Of a stretch of 64,000 nt of DNA, positions 17,701-26,153 are shown in pieces. Origin of the DNA: Verrucomicrobiota bacterium (GTDB lineage Bacteria > Verrucomicrobiota > Verrucomicrobiia > Limisphaerales > AAA164-E04); contig CP170459.1 of assembly GCA_047947115.1 (NCBI GenBank), forward strand, positions 1 through 64,000, given 5' to 3'. The notes below the pieces were generated by a model, which worked only from the letters and a program-made list of their open reading frames with translations, ran no database searches and had not been told where the DNA came from. The stretch's first letter is position 1; each line of letters begins with the position of its first letter. Position numbers and translations under genes: made by a program.

Positions 17701-20648
17701 GCACCATCGCTGACTTCATACAGAACATGGAACATGTCAATATCTGGGAGCATGGTATCCACATTCACCGTAACCTTGATCTCACCACTCAGGTCACCAT
17801 CAATGAGATCAATGGCCTTTGCCTCAGGAACTATGAATTCACTGCCCGCTTCCACAAGGTAAGGTGATTCCTCAGCAATCGTGATAATTGGAGCCGTCGT
17901 ATCCACCACTTTAACCACAAGCGTTTGAGTCGTGGCATTACCTGCACCATCGCTGACTTCATACAGAACATGGAACATGTCAATATCTGGGAGCATGGTA
18001 TCCACATTCACCATAACCTTGATCTCACCACTCAGGTCACCATCAATGAGATCAATGGCCTTTGCCTCAGGAACTATGAATTCACTGCCCGCTTCCACAA
18101 GGTAAGGTGATTCCTCAGCAATCGTGATAATTGGAGCCGTCGTATCCACAACACTGACAAAGACCTGTTTGGTTGCCATATTCCCTGCAGCATCCTGCAC
18201 CGTGTAAGTAACGTGGTACATATCGCCAGGCAAAGCCACATCAACGAAGCTGTCTACCTTGATGTTGGCTGTTACATCACCATCAACGTTGTCAGTGGCA
18301 GTGGCTTTAGCAACCTCAAATGGCACCCCAGCTTCCCAAGTGATTTTTTCAGAGGCTACCGATATGACGGGTGCCTGGGTATCGACAGCTAGTTGCTCTC
18401 TTATTAACGGCACAAACCCATCTGCCTGGGCATTGAGTGAAAGCAATTCACTGCTCTCAATCCCACTAAAAACCAACTCTCCATTCTGATTAGCAAATCC
18501 ATTCACAAATGTCCCATCAGCCAAGGCTAAGTTGATGAATGCATTTGCAACTGGGCTTCCATCACCAGTCTTGGCACTGACCATAAGAGAACTCGCTGTA
18601 AATTCAGTGAACAGGTCCCACCGAATACCTGGAACAGGTTCCTTTCGAACACTCAGCTCCGGATCACCTAACAGCAAATAGGCAAACGTGTTGTTGTCCC
18701 ACAAATCACCGCTACCATGGGCTAGCATCGAACGATATTCAGCCCTACCAAGTGCTGGGGCCAGTCGCGTATATCCATCGACAAATAGAGCTCTGAAAAT
18801 ACCTTTGGCTCGCTCATGGTTTTCCGAAGTATAAGAATTAGCTGATGCTCCAAAATGGGCTACAGCTCCGGTTTGTTGTGCCAACATCCAATTTTCGGAT
18901 ACCGTGTCACTTTGCCTCAACATCCCATTCTGACAGGAAATCGAATACACAATAGGGTTGATGCTGTTGGAAAGGGTATTTATTTCGGTCAACCCGAAAT
19001 TGTCGTTGGTGGCATCCCAACCACTTACCCAAGCGCTGTTACTACCATGACCACGGTAAAGAACATGTCCCCTACCCTTGTCGATCAAATCTATAACATC
19101 CTGGTTAACCGCCCCCACCTCAGTAGGACTTGCCACTCCGGCATGCAACACATCAAAGTTGATAGTTTCACTGTAGCTGGTGGAGGCAATCTCATTGACT
19201 GCTCCTGCGTATTTGCCCGGGAAATTTTCGCTATTGGCTGCCAGCACAGCTCCTTGAGGCCAATCACCAGGAACAGGGCTCCTCTCATACTTGAGTGTCT
19301 TAGCCAATTGGTTGATCAGCTCCGATTCGCTGTTGATCGAAAACCTGCCCACATAAACACTCGGATACCGACCTGATCCAATCACTTCATACACATGATC
19401 CGAATCCGAGTCATCACCATCTGGCCCTAACTCAATACGTGCCGAGCGACCTGACGGAATTAAATCAATATCGCCCACTAATAACACATAAACGCCATGG
19501 CAATAGTTCTCCCTCCAGTAGTTCTCGATATAATCGTCGATAGCTGCCCGATCGGCTGCCACATCATCGGTTGCCTCCGAACCCACATAGGCGAAGTCCA
19601 CATTCAGCCCCTTGCTTCGCTTCCATAAAGCAAACTCAGTTAGTTCATCACGGTATCCTCGGGGTGTCAGAATCAGGTAGTGCGCACTACGCGAGGCTTG
19701 TATGGCTATACCCCTTTTTGTAAGAGCTTTCCGAATCGAATCACCATTGATTCCCAAAACCTTGAACACCCATGAATCCCAATCAATGTTATCGCAGTCA
19801 TAATCCAAGGTTCCCTTCAGATGCTTGATATTGAAAATAAATGAGGCTGCGACTGAAATCTCATTGGAACTGTTCACCTCCAAGAGCGGAACTTGTATCT
19901 CAGATACCGACAGGGCTCCCGCAGTTTCTGGCATTGTGATTTGAATACCGTCTGCTGAGTACCTCCCTTTAAAGGAACTGTAAAACTCTTGATCCACAAA
20001 CTCTGCAGCATTATACCCGGGCTCATCAATGCCAGCATATCCAGCAGGAACCAGAGGGTTTTCTAAGGTCACATTGGCTCGCTTAACATTAACTAACTCA
20101 ATACCAATGTCCTCCTTGGTATTGTTCTTGGAAGCATAGACCAAGCCGCGCAGCATTGGAATTCCTGGCCTGGCTCCCGTTGGATCAATGCCAAGTCTTT
20201 CCATTTCGGGAACCGTTAGACTCTTGGTCTGATTCTTCTCAAGTTGCTGATAGGTTTCTTCGGAAATGCGCGACTGCGCAATGGAGCTAACCAGCATGTC
20301 CTCAAGCTGCCCCATAGCAGGTTGACCACTTTCTACAGGAAAATCATACCAACCTCGCTCGCCGTTGGGCCCAGGATACCCCAAACCTCCAACTTTGATT
20401 TCGGGTAACTCCACCTTGGTATAAACCCCACCAGCATACGGCACGGGCACAAGCCAAAAACCTGGAACCTTGCACTCAATACTGGTGAGTTGTTCATCTC
20501 CTTGGACCACAGTTGCCAAAATCATGTCGCCCTCCTTACTTCCTTCAACAAGCGATACCCAGGATCTATTAAGCTTTACCTGTGCGTGAACGAGAAAGGT
20601 GCAGATAAGAAGATTGAATATAAGGAATGATCTGCATAGTGAAATCAT
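14793..20648 (-). CDS. Secreted C25 (gingipain-family) cysteine peptidase with two tandem protease modules separated by five DUF5011/Ig-like repeats
   Basis: Signal peptide MISLCRSFLIFNLLICTFLVHA. Each module has YVLLVGD, VGRF, YRGHGS (His), SISCQNG (Cys) and LLGDP. Ends MRFYRVTR. Start reassigned from 20900. Confidence 0.88.
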   Translation of the reverse strand: MISLCRSFLIFNLLICTFLVHAQVKLNRSWVSLVEGSKEGDMILATVVQGDEQLTSIECKVPGFWLVPVPYAGGVYTKVELPEIKVGGLGYPGPNGERGWYDFPVESGQPAMGQLEDMLVSSIAQSRISEETYQQLEKNQTKSLTVPEMERLGIDPTGARPGIPMLRGLVYASKNNTKEDIGIELVNVKRANVTLENPLVPAGYAGIDEPGYNAAEFVDQEFYSSFKGRYSADGIQITMPETAGALSVSEIQVPLLEVNSSNEISVAASFIFNIKHLKGTLDYDCDNIDWDSWVFKVLGINGDSIRKALTKRGIAIQASRSAHYLILTPRGYRDELTEFALWKRSKGLNVDFAYVGSEATDDVAADRAAIDDYIENYWRENYCHGVYVLLVGDIDLIPSGRSARIELGPDGDDSDSDHVYEVIGSGRYPSVYVGRFSINSESELINQLAKTLKYERSPVPGDWPQGAVLAANSENFPGKYAGAVNEIASTSYSETINFDVLHAGVASPTEVGAVNQDVIDLIDKGRGHVLYRGHGSNSAWVSGWDATNDNFGLTEINTLSNSINPIVYSISCQNGMLRQSDTVSENWMLAQQTGAVAHFGASANSYTSENHERAKGIFRALFVDGYTRLAPALGRAEYRSMLAHGSGDLWDNNTFAYLLLGDPELSVRKEPVPGIRWDLFTEFTASSLMVSAKTGDGSPVANAFINLALADGTFVNGFANQNGELVFSGIESSELLSLNAQADGFVPLIREQLAVDTQAPVISVASEKITWEAGVPFEVAKATATDNVDGDVTANIKVDSFVDVALPGDMYHVTYTVQDAAGNMATKQVFVSVVDTTAPIITIAEESPYLVEAGSEFIVPEAKAIDLIDGDLSGEIKVMVNVDTMLPDIDMFHVLYEVSDGAGNATTQTLVVKVVDTTAPIITIAEESPYLVEAGSEFIVPEAKAIDLIDGDLSGEIKVTVNVDTMLPDIDMFHVLYEVSDGAGNATTQTLVVKVVDTTAPIITIAEESPYLVEAGSEFIVPEATAIDLIDGDVSGEIKVTVNVDTMLPDIDMFHVLYEVSDGAGNATTQTLVVKVVDTTAPIITIAEKSPYLVEAGSEFIVPEATAIDLIDGDVTANIKVDTFVDVALPGDMYHVTYTVQDAAGNVATKQIFVSVVDRQLPDRSWVSLVEGSKEGDMILATVVQGDEQLTSIECKVPGFWLVPVPYAGGVYTKVELPEIKVGGLGYPGPNGERGWYDFPVESGQPAMGQLEDMLVSSIAQSRISEETYQQLEKNQTKSLTVPEMERLGIDPTGARPGIPMLRGLVYASKNNTKEDIGIELVNVKRANVTLENPLVPAGYAGIDEPGYNAAEFVDQEFYSSFKGRYSADGIQITMPETAGALSVSEIQVPLLEVNSSNEISVAASFIFNIKHLKGTLDYDCDNIDWDSWVFKVLGINGDSIRKALTKRGIAIQASRSAHYLILTPRGYRDELTEFALWKRSKGLNVDFAYVGSEATDDVAADRAAIDDYIENYWRENYCHGVYVLLVGDIDLIPSGRSARIELGPDGDDSDSDHVYEVIGSGRYPSVYVGRFSINSESELINQLAKTLKYERSPVPGDWPQGAVLAANSENFPGKYAGAVNEIASTSYSETINFDVLHAGVASPTEVGAVNQDVIDLIDKGRGHVLYRGHGSNSAWVSGWDATNDNFGLTEINTLSNSINPIVYSISCQNGMLRQSDTVSENWMLAQQTGAVAHFGASANSYTSENHERAKGIFRALFVDGYTRLAPALGRAEYRSMLAHGSGDLWDNNTFAYLLLGDPELSVRKEPVPGIRWDLFTEFTASSLMVSAKTGDGSPVANAFINLALADGTFVNGFANQNGELVFSGIESSELLSLNAQADGFVPVDSVVDSGPKSDVGINYYTLYENELTLHYEGTLESANDLGGPWKVVENASSPFTSSITDNMRFYRVTR
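15000..17161. repeat. 2162-bp direct repeat, copy B (C-terminal C25 module)
   Basis: Matches 18408-20569 (offset 3408); translated modules are identical. Confidence 0.92.
17175..18387 (-). repeat. Tandem ~243-bp (81-aa) Ig-like DUF5011-type repeats, five units
   Basis: VDTTAP.I...EAG..F....A.A.D..DGD...Y.V.D.AGN repeated; shadow ORFs at 17439/17682/17925 show the 243-bp period. Boundaries approximate. Confidence 0.9.
18408..20569. repeat. 2162-bp direct repeat, copy A (N-terminal C25 module)
   Basis: Matches 15000-17161. Confidence 0.92.
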
Positions 20649-21007
20649 AGGGAAATCATGAAAAATAGACATCTGAAAGTCAACAGTTAAGGGATTTGGG
20701 GCACGGCTTTTATCCGGGGAAGTCTTTTTAGTTGATAATGAACGGATGTAAATGACAGTCGAATAGTGCGGCGGGTTGGGATCACGTAAGTGATATTTCA
20801 AAAGTGCGGCATCATGCCTAGAAAGGGGCATGTATGCTGATATGGAACAATGGAATGAAACAAGAAGACGTGTGCTTGTTGAAGGAGTCAGCAAGCGCAT
20901 ATACTACGGGAAACAGGGAAACAGTCAAGTATAGTTAATTTTTATTGACCATATGATCATAAACAAATTAAGTTGCGTTTGCAAGCTGTTTCTTTATGGT
21001 GCAATGC

Positions 21008-21352
21008 ATGAGTTCAAAACAACAGCGTCGTAACATGTCTGGTGAAGCACTGGAAATGATTGCGGCACGCTTTAAAGCCTTGAGTGAGCCAACTAGACTC
21101 AAGTTGATCATCGCGTTGGAAGGCGGAGAGAAAAATGTCACCGAACTCATGGAACTCGTTGGTACCACCCAAACAAACACTTCCCGTCACCTTCAAAACC
21201 TGACCGACTCGGGAATTCTTGCACGAAGGAAGGAAGGTTTGAATGTCTTTTACTTTATCGCAGACAAGTCCATTTTTGAATTATGTGACCACGTTTGCGG
21301 CAGTCTGGAACGTCGTTTCCAATCCCAACAGAACGCATTCCGAGGAGAATAA
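21008..21352 (+). CDS. ArsR/SmtB family transcriptional regulator
   Basis: ARFKALSEPTRLKLI..L..GEKNVTEL......Q.N.SRHL..L...GIL.RRKEG..VFY; C-terminal LCDHVC. Confidence 0.92.
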   Translation: MSSKQQRRNMSGEALEMIAARFKALSEPTRLKLIIALEGGEKNVTELMELVGTTQTNTSRHLQNLTDSGILARRKEGLNVFYFIADKSIFELCDHVCGSLERRFQSQQNAFRGE

Positions 21353-21381
21353 CGTTCCCCCCCCCTCAACCCTTTGCTCTC

Positions 21382-22413
21382 ATGCCAAGATTTTTCCGCA
21401 TCATGCTGGGGTTCATGGCGGTCTGTGTGTTTTTCGAAGCATTTGCAGAGCAACCTGTGAGGCCACGCCTTTTAGTGCTCACCGACATCGGGGGAGATCC
21501 GGATGATCAACAATCATTGGTCCGTTTGATGGTGTATGCCAACCACTTTCGGATAGAAGGGCTCATTGCCAGCGCATCAGGCACCCCGGGGGAACTCAAG
21601 GAATCTGTAACACGCACAGATCTGATCCGGCAAACAATCCAAGCATACGGAGCTGTAATCCCCAACCTATCTCGCCACGAAACCGGATGGCCCACCGAGG
21701 CCGCCCTTGCCTCAAAGATCAAATCAGGCAATCCCCTGCGTGGTCGCGAGCAAATCGGTGAAGGGCATGACACTGAAGGCTCCAGATGGATCATCGAATG
21801 CATCAACAAAGCGACCCCTCAGGATCCTTTGAACATTACCATCTGGGGAGGGCAAACGGATCTAGCTCAAGCCTTGTGGTCCATCCAAACCCATAGCACT
21901 TCCGAAGAATTCAAAACAGTTACAGGCAAATTCAGGGTTTATGATATCGCAGACCAGGACAGCATCGCGGATTGGATGAGACTGACTTTTCCCGGGATGT
22001 TCTACATCCTAAACAAAGCTCCAGAAGGAAATGATAAACGCGAAGCCACGTTCCGAGGCATGTATCTGGGCGGTGATGAATCCCTCACAAGCCGGGAATG
22101 GATTGACAAACACATCCGAAGCAAGGGTCCATTGGGAGCACTTTACCCGACCAAAACCTGGACCGCTCCCAACCCTCATGGCTGCATGAAGGAAGGCGAC
22201 ACACCTTCCTGGTTCTTCTTTCAAACGAAAGGCGGCAACCTGCCCCACGATCCTACCCAGCCAGGCTGGGGCGGACAATTTCGAAAAACGGATGATGGAT
22301 GGTATCAGGATCTGGATTCCAGCGAAGTCCATCCGAGAAGCACGGTCCACCGATGGCGCCCCGATTTTCAAAAGGATTTCGCCTTGCGAATGTCGTGGTG
22401 TGTTGCGCAGTAA
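21382..22413 (+). CDS. DUF1593 nucleoside-hydrolase-like domain protein, secreted
   Basis: Signal peptide; LTDIGGDPDDQQSLVRL, WGGQTDLAQAL, EGDTPSW, GWGG and DFALRMSW. Confidence 0.85.
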   Translation: MPRFFRIMLGFMAVCVFFEAFAEQPVRPRLLVLTDIGGDPDDQQSLVRLMVYANHFRIEGLIASASGTPGELKESVTRTDLIRQTIQAYGAVIPNLSRHETGWPTEAALASKIKSGNPLRGREQIGEGHDTEGSRWIIECINKATPQDPLNITIWGGQTDLAQALWSIQTHSTSEEFKTVTGKFRVYDIADQDSIADWMRLTFPGMFYILNKAPEGNDKREATFRGMYLGGDESLTSREWIDKHIRSKGPLGALYPTKTWTAPNPHGCMKEGDTPSWFFFQTKGGNLPHDPTQPGWGGQFRKTDDGWYQDLDSSEVHPRSTVHRWRPDFQKDFALRMSWCVAQ

Positions 22414-22463
22414 TACTTTTCCTGCTTGATCGAGCCACAAACCTGCGACGATCATGAGTCCGC

Positions 22464-24668
22464 ATGACCCAAGGCCGTTCCAGTCAGAAAAAGGAAAGTC
22501 TTTCCGGCCTCATTGAACGTGTCACCTACTTCAATGAGGAATCCGGATTCGTCGTGCTGCGCATCAAAGTCAAAGGCCGTCGTGACCTGCTCACACTGGT
22601 CGGAAAATCGGTCTCAGCCAATGCGGGCGAATGGGTCAAAGCCGAAGGAGTTTGGGCACGTGATCGTGATCATGGCCTTCAATTCAAAGCGGACAACCTG
22701 GTCTGCACCCCGCCGACCAACATTGAGGGGATCGAGAAGTACCTCGCCAGCGGAATGATCAAAGGGATCGGACCTGTGTATGCCAAGAAGATGGTGGCCA
22801 AATTTGGCGACACGATCTTCGACATCATCGACACCGCCTCTGCTAAACTGGAAACAATCGACGGCATCGGTCCGGGTCGGCGTCGAAAGATCAAAGACGC
22901 TTGGCAAGAGCAGAAGATGGTTCGGGAAATCATGGTTTTCCTCCACTCAAACGGCGTCAGTACCAGTCGCGCGGTTCGCATTTACAAAACCTATGGCGAG
23001 GAAGCGATCGAAAAAATCCAGGCCAATCCTTACATCCTGGCAAAAGACATTCGAGGCATCGGATTCAAAAGCGCCGATCAAATCGCCCGCAAACTGGGCA
23101 TCCCTGAAGACTCCATGCACCGCGCACAGGCCGGATTGAACCATGTCCTGATCGAGGCCACTTCCAACGGACATTGCGCGCTACCGGAAGACATGCTGGT
23201 CCTGCACAGCACCGAACTGCTGCAAGTGAGCGAAGACATCGTCCGACATGGCCTGCAACAATCCTTGAATGCCCGGGATGTTGAAAAGGAATGCATTGAT
23301 GAAACCGATCTGATATTTCTTCCCGCCCTCAAGCAAGCCGAAGAAACCATCGCCCAACGCATCGGTTCCATCGCTGCACAAAGAGCACACTATCCACCGA
23401 TCGACATCGACAAGGCCATTGAATGGATTCAGGAACGATCTCAAATCCAATTGGCCGCCTCTCAAATGCTGGCAATTCGGAATGCACTGGAACATCGTCT
23501 GATCATTATTACAGGTGGGCCGGGTGTCGGTAAAACAACGATCATTCGATCCATCCTGAAAATCCTGCATGCCAAACAGGTCTCCTTCTTGCTTTGCGCA
23601 CCGACAGGGCGGGCCGCCAAACGCATGTCCGAGTCCACCGGTTTCCCGTCAAAAACCATCCATCGGTTATTGGAGGTCAATCCACGCACCGGAAAATTCA
23701 AACACAACGAACAATCACCGCTGGAGACCCAACTTCTGGTTGTCGACGAATGCTCCATGGTGGACATCCCTTTGATGCATCACCTCCTCCGAGCCCTGCC
23801 CCGGGAGGCGCATCTGCTCCTCGTAGGCGACGTGGATCAGCTTCCATCTGTTGGGCCTGGTTCCGTGCTCAAAAACCTGATTGACTGCGGGCTCACCCAC
23901 GTGGTTCGCCTGCAGGAAATCTTCCGACAGGCATCCGGAAGCCACATCATCACCAACGCACACCGGATCAATCACGGCCAACTCCCCCTAACGGAAGAAG
24001 ATGAACCGTCAAATGACTTCTTTTTCATCGAACGTGAAGAACCGGAGAAAATATCATCCACACTAGTGCTGATGATTCGGGACCGCATTCCGGCCAAATT
24101 CAAAGTGGACCCCATCCGGGACATTCAGGTGCTTTGCCCGATGAATCGAGGCAGCCTGGGTGTACGCGATCTCAATCTAACCTTGCAAAACACCTTGAAC
24201 CCGATGAAACAAGGAGACGCCTATGTCGAAAAATTCGGCTGGCAATTCCGAGTGAAGGACAAGGTCATCCAAACCGAAAACAACTACGATAAGGAAGTCT
24301 ACAACGGGGACATCGGACACATCCTGAAAATCGATGGGATGGAAAAAGAAGTCACAGTCCAGTTCGACCACAGACAGATCGTCTATGATTTCGGTGAACT
24401 GGACGAACTTTCACTGGCATATGCCATCACCATCCACAAATCGCAGGGCTCGGAATTCCCGATCGTCATCATTCCCGTTGCAACTCAGCAATACATGCTG
24501 CTTCAACGCAATCTCATCTACACCGGAGTCACCCGGGGCAAAAAGCTCGTCCTGCTCATCGGTCAAAAAAAGGCTCTCGCCATGGCCGTTCGAAATGCCA
24601 AAAACGCCCATCGGCACTCAGGACTCAAACACCGCCTGAGCCTGGCCGCACGTTTTGACTCGGATTGA
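22464..24668 (+). CDS. recD2: ATP-dependent RecD2-like DNA helicase
   Basis: HhH motifs IKGIGP and GIGFKSAD; TGGPGVGKTT; APTGRAAKR; VDECSM; VGDVDQLPSVGPG; AYAITIHKSQGSEF; YTGVTR. Confidence 0.95.
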   Translation: MTQGRSSQKKESLSGLIERVTYFNEESGFVVLRIKVKGRRDLLTLVGKSVSANAGEWVKAEGVWARDRDHGLQFKADNLVCTPPTNIEGIEKYLASGMIKGIGPVYAKKMVAKFGDTIFDIIDTASAKLETIDGIGPGRRRKIKDAWQEQKMVREIMVFLHSNGVSTSRAVRIYKTYGEEAIEKIQANPYILAKDIRGIGFKSADQIARKLGIPEDSMHRAQAGLNHVLIEATSNGHCALPEDMLVLHSTELLQVSEDIVRHGLQQSLNARDVEKECIDETDLIFLPALKQAEETIAQRIGSIAAQRAHYPPIDIDKAIEWIQERSQIQLAASQMLAIRNALEHRLIIITGGPGVGKTTIIRSILKILHAKQVSFLLCAPTGRAAKRMSESTGFPSKTIHRLLEVNPRTGKFKHNEQSPLETQLLVVDECSMVDIPLMHHLLRALPREAHLLLVGDVDQLPSVGPGSVLKNLIDCGLTHVVRLQEIFRQASGSHIITNAHRINHGQLPLTEEDEPSNDFFFIEREEPEKISSTLVLMIRDRIPAKFKVDPIRDIQVLCPMNRGSLGVRDLNLTLQNTLNPMKQGDAYVEKFGWQFRVKDKVIQTENNYDKEVYNGDIGHILKIDGMEKEVTVQFDHRQIVYDFGELDELSLAYAITIHKSQGSEFPIVIIPVATQQYMLLQRNLIYTGVTRGKKLVLLIGQKKALAMAVRNAKNAHRHSGLKHRLSLAARFDSD

Positions 24669-24771
24669 CGAAGCAACATGTGCAGGACGGCACATGTTCA
24701 TCAAAGAGCGATATGGTTGATGGATGAATTGAACATTGTTTTTTCGTCAAATCGTGACAAACATGGGCGTC

Positions 24772-25590
24772 ATGAGTGCTGATGACTCCATAGTGAAAGC
24801 CCCCGATCAGCCGATGCCCGCACAAAAGCGCAACCATGCCATCTGGCTTGGGCCGTTGATTGTTTTTGTGGGTGCGGTCAGCTATTTTACTTTTTTTGTT
24901 CGTTACCCGGACCTGCGTGACACACCTGTTATCAATCTCCCACTGGTGTTGATAGGCACATGCGTGTCATGCCTGGGAACGTGGCGCGCCTTTTCCAAAT
25001 CGAACATTTACCGAGGTAAGATATTGGGGACCGTTTCCCTGGCATTCTCTCTGTTCCTGTCCAGTCTTTTCAGCGGTTACATCGTTCACATTTCGTATCA
25101 AGTCCCAGCCCCCACCGAGATCACTGAAAGCCTGAATGTCGTCCCCGAATTTACTTTGAACGATCAGAAAGGCAATCCGGTCAGTCCGTCGGACTTCAAT
25201 GGAAAGAAATTGATCATTACGTTTTATCGGGGCTATTGGTGACCATTCTGTGTATCAGAACTGCAAGGTTTGCAGTCACGCATTGAAGATATCAGAGCCT
25301 TGGACGCCGAAGTGTTAGCCATCAGTGTCGATTCCGTGGAGGACAATCGAAAACTGGCCACCAAACAGCGGTTTGGATTCCAATTACTCTCCGATTTGAA
25401 TGGTAAAGCGATCGAGGCCTTCGGACTGAAGCATGTCAGCGCCCATCCAATGGGCGATCAGGACATCGCCAGGCCAGCCACCTTCGTGCTGGATCGCGAA
25501 GGAAACATCGCCTGGAAGGTTCTGCCCGAAAATTGGCGTGTGCGCGTCCGCCCGGAAACACTGATCGAGCAATTGGAAAAAATCCCCTAA
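24772..25590 (+). CDS. Membrane-anchored AhpC/TSA (peroxiredoxin-like) selenoprotein; Sec encoded by TGA 25240-25242
   Basis: ORFs 24736-25242 and 25270-25590 are in one frame and read-through gives FYRGYW-U-PFC-VSEL (UxxC). Three N-terminal TM helices; PEFTL.DQ.G, AISVD and ARPATFVLD thioredoxin-fold motifs. Start uncertain (24763/24772/24814). Confidence 0.85.
25260..25276 (+). promoter_or_regulatory. Putative bacterial SECIS hairpin
   Basis: ACTGCAA-GGT-TTGCAGT stem-loop begins 17 nt after the in-frame TGA, with a G/GU apical loop as in the E. coli fdhF SECIS. Confidence 0.7.
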
Positions 25591-25602
25591 CGACCACCCG
25601 CT

Positions 25603-26067
25603 TTGTCATCTGCGCAAAGGCATACCCCGGGGCCTCTCCTGAATTTGTATGACCATCACAGTCACGACAGCGCTCGCCCATTCAACTGGGACAAGGTGGC
25701 GGAAGATGCCAATTTTGATGAAGACGGCATTCCCAACTTGATGGAATTTGCCCAGAACACTGACCCCACCGATCCGAAAGCTGCCTCCCCGCTGAGGGTG
25801 GAAGTCAAGGAAGGGGAACTGACATTGAGATTCAAACGGCGTATTGATCGGAGCGATATTTACTTTGGATTGGAAAAATCTGATAACCTGGTGACTTGGG
25901 TCGCCGAACTCTGGCAAGATCGAAATGGAGAATTCAGATTGGGCAAACCCATTGAATATGAATTGGAAACCCAGGTAGAAGACGTCATCGAGAAAATTTT
26001 CATGAAACCGATTCGACTCGAATTGTCGGCATTCTACAGACTCACAGTCGGCACCACAGAACCTTGA
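25603..26067 (+). pseudogene. Orphan C-terminal fragment of a large secreted Verrucomicrobia-type protein
   Basis: D.DEDGIPNLMEFAQNTDPTDP, LEKSDNLVTW and terminal FYRL motifs; no signal peptide and no convincing start. Confidence 0.5.
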
Positions 26068-26153
26068 ATCCTTACGGCGAGTGGTCGAATCATCATTGAC
26101 GTCAGCATCTCCCGTTCACAAGCTAGAGTGAAACCAAAACGGATTGTTTTCTT

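Noticed and set aside
17175..18387. CRISPR array or DGR template/variable repeats
   Set aside because: Units are 243-bp in-frame coding repeats without spacers. No cas or reverse transcriptase gene is in the window, and I saw no adenine-specific pattern of differences.
20952..20961. TATGATCATA palindrome as ArsR operator
   Set aside because: The position is plausible, but a single 10-bp AT-rich palindrome is too weak to call.
22464..24668. RecD2 as part of the mobile region or a defence system
   Set aside because: It lies outside the att sites among host-like genes with no nuclease or defence partners; treated as housekeeping.
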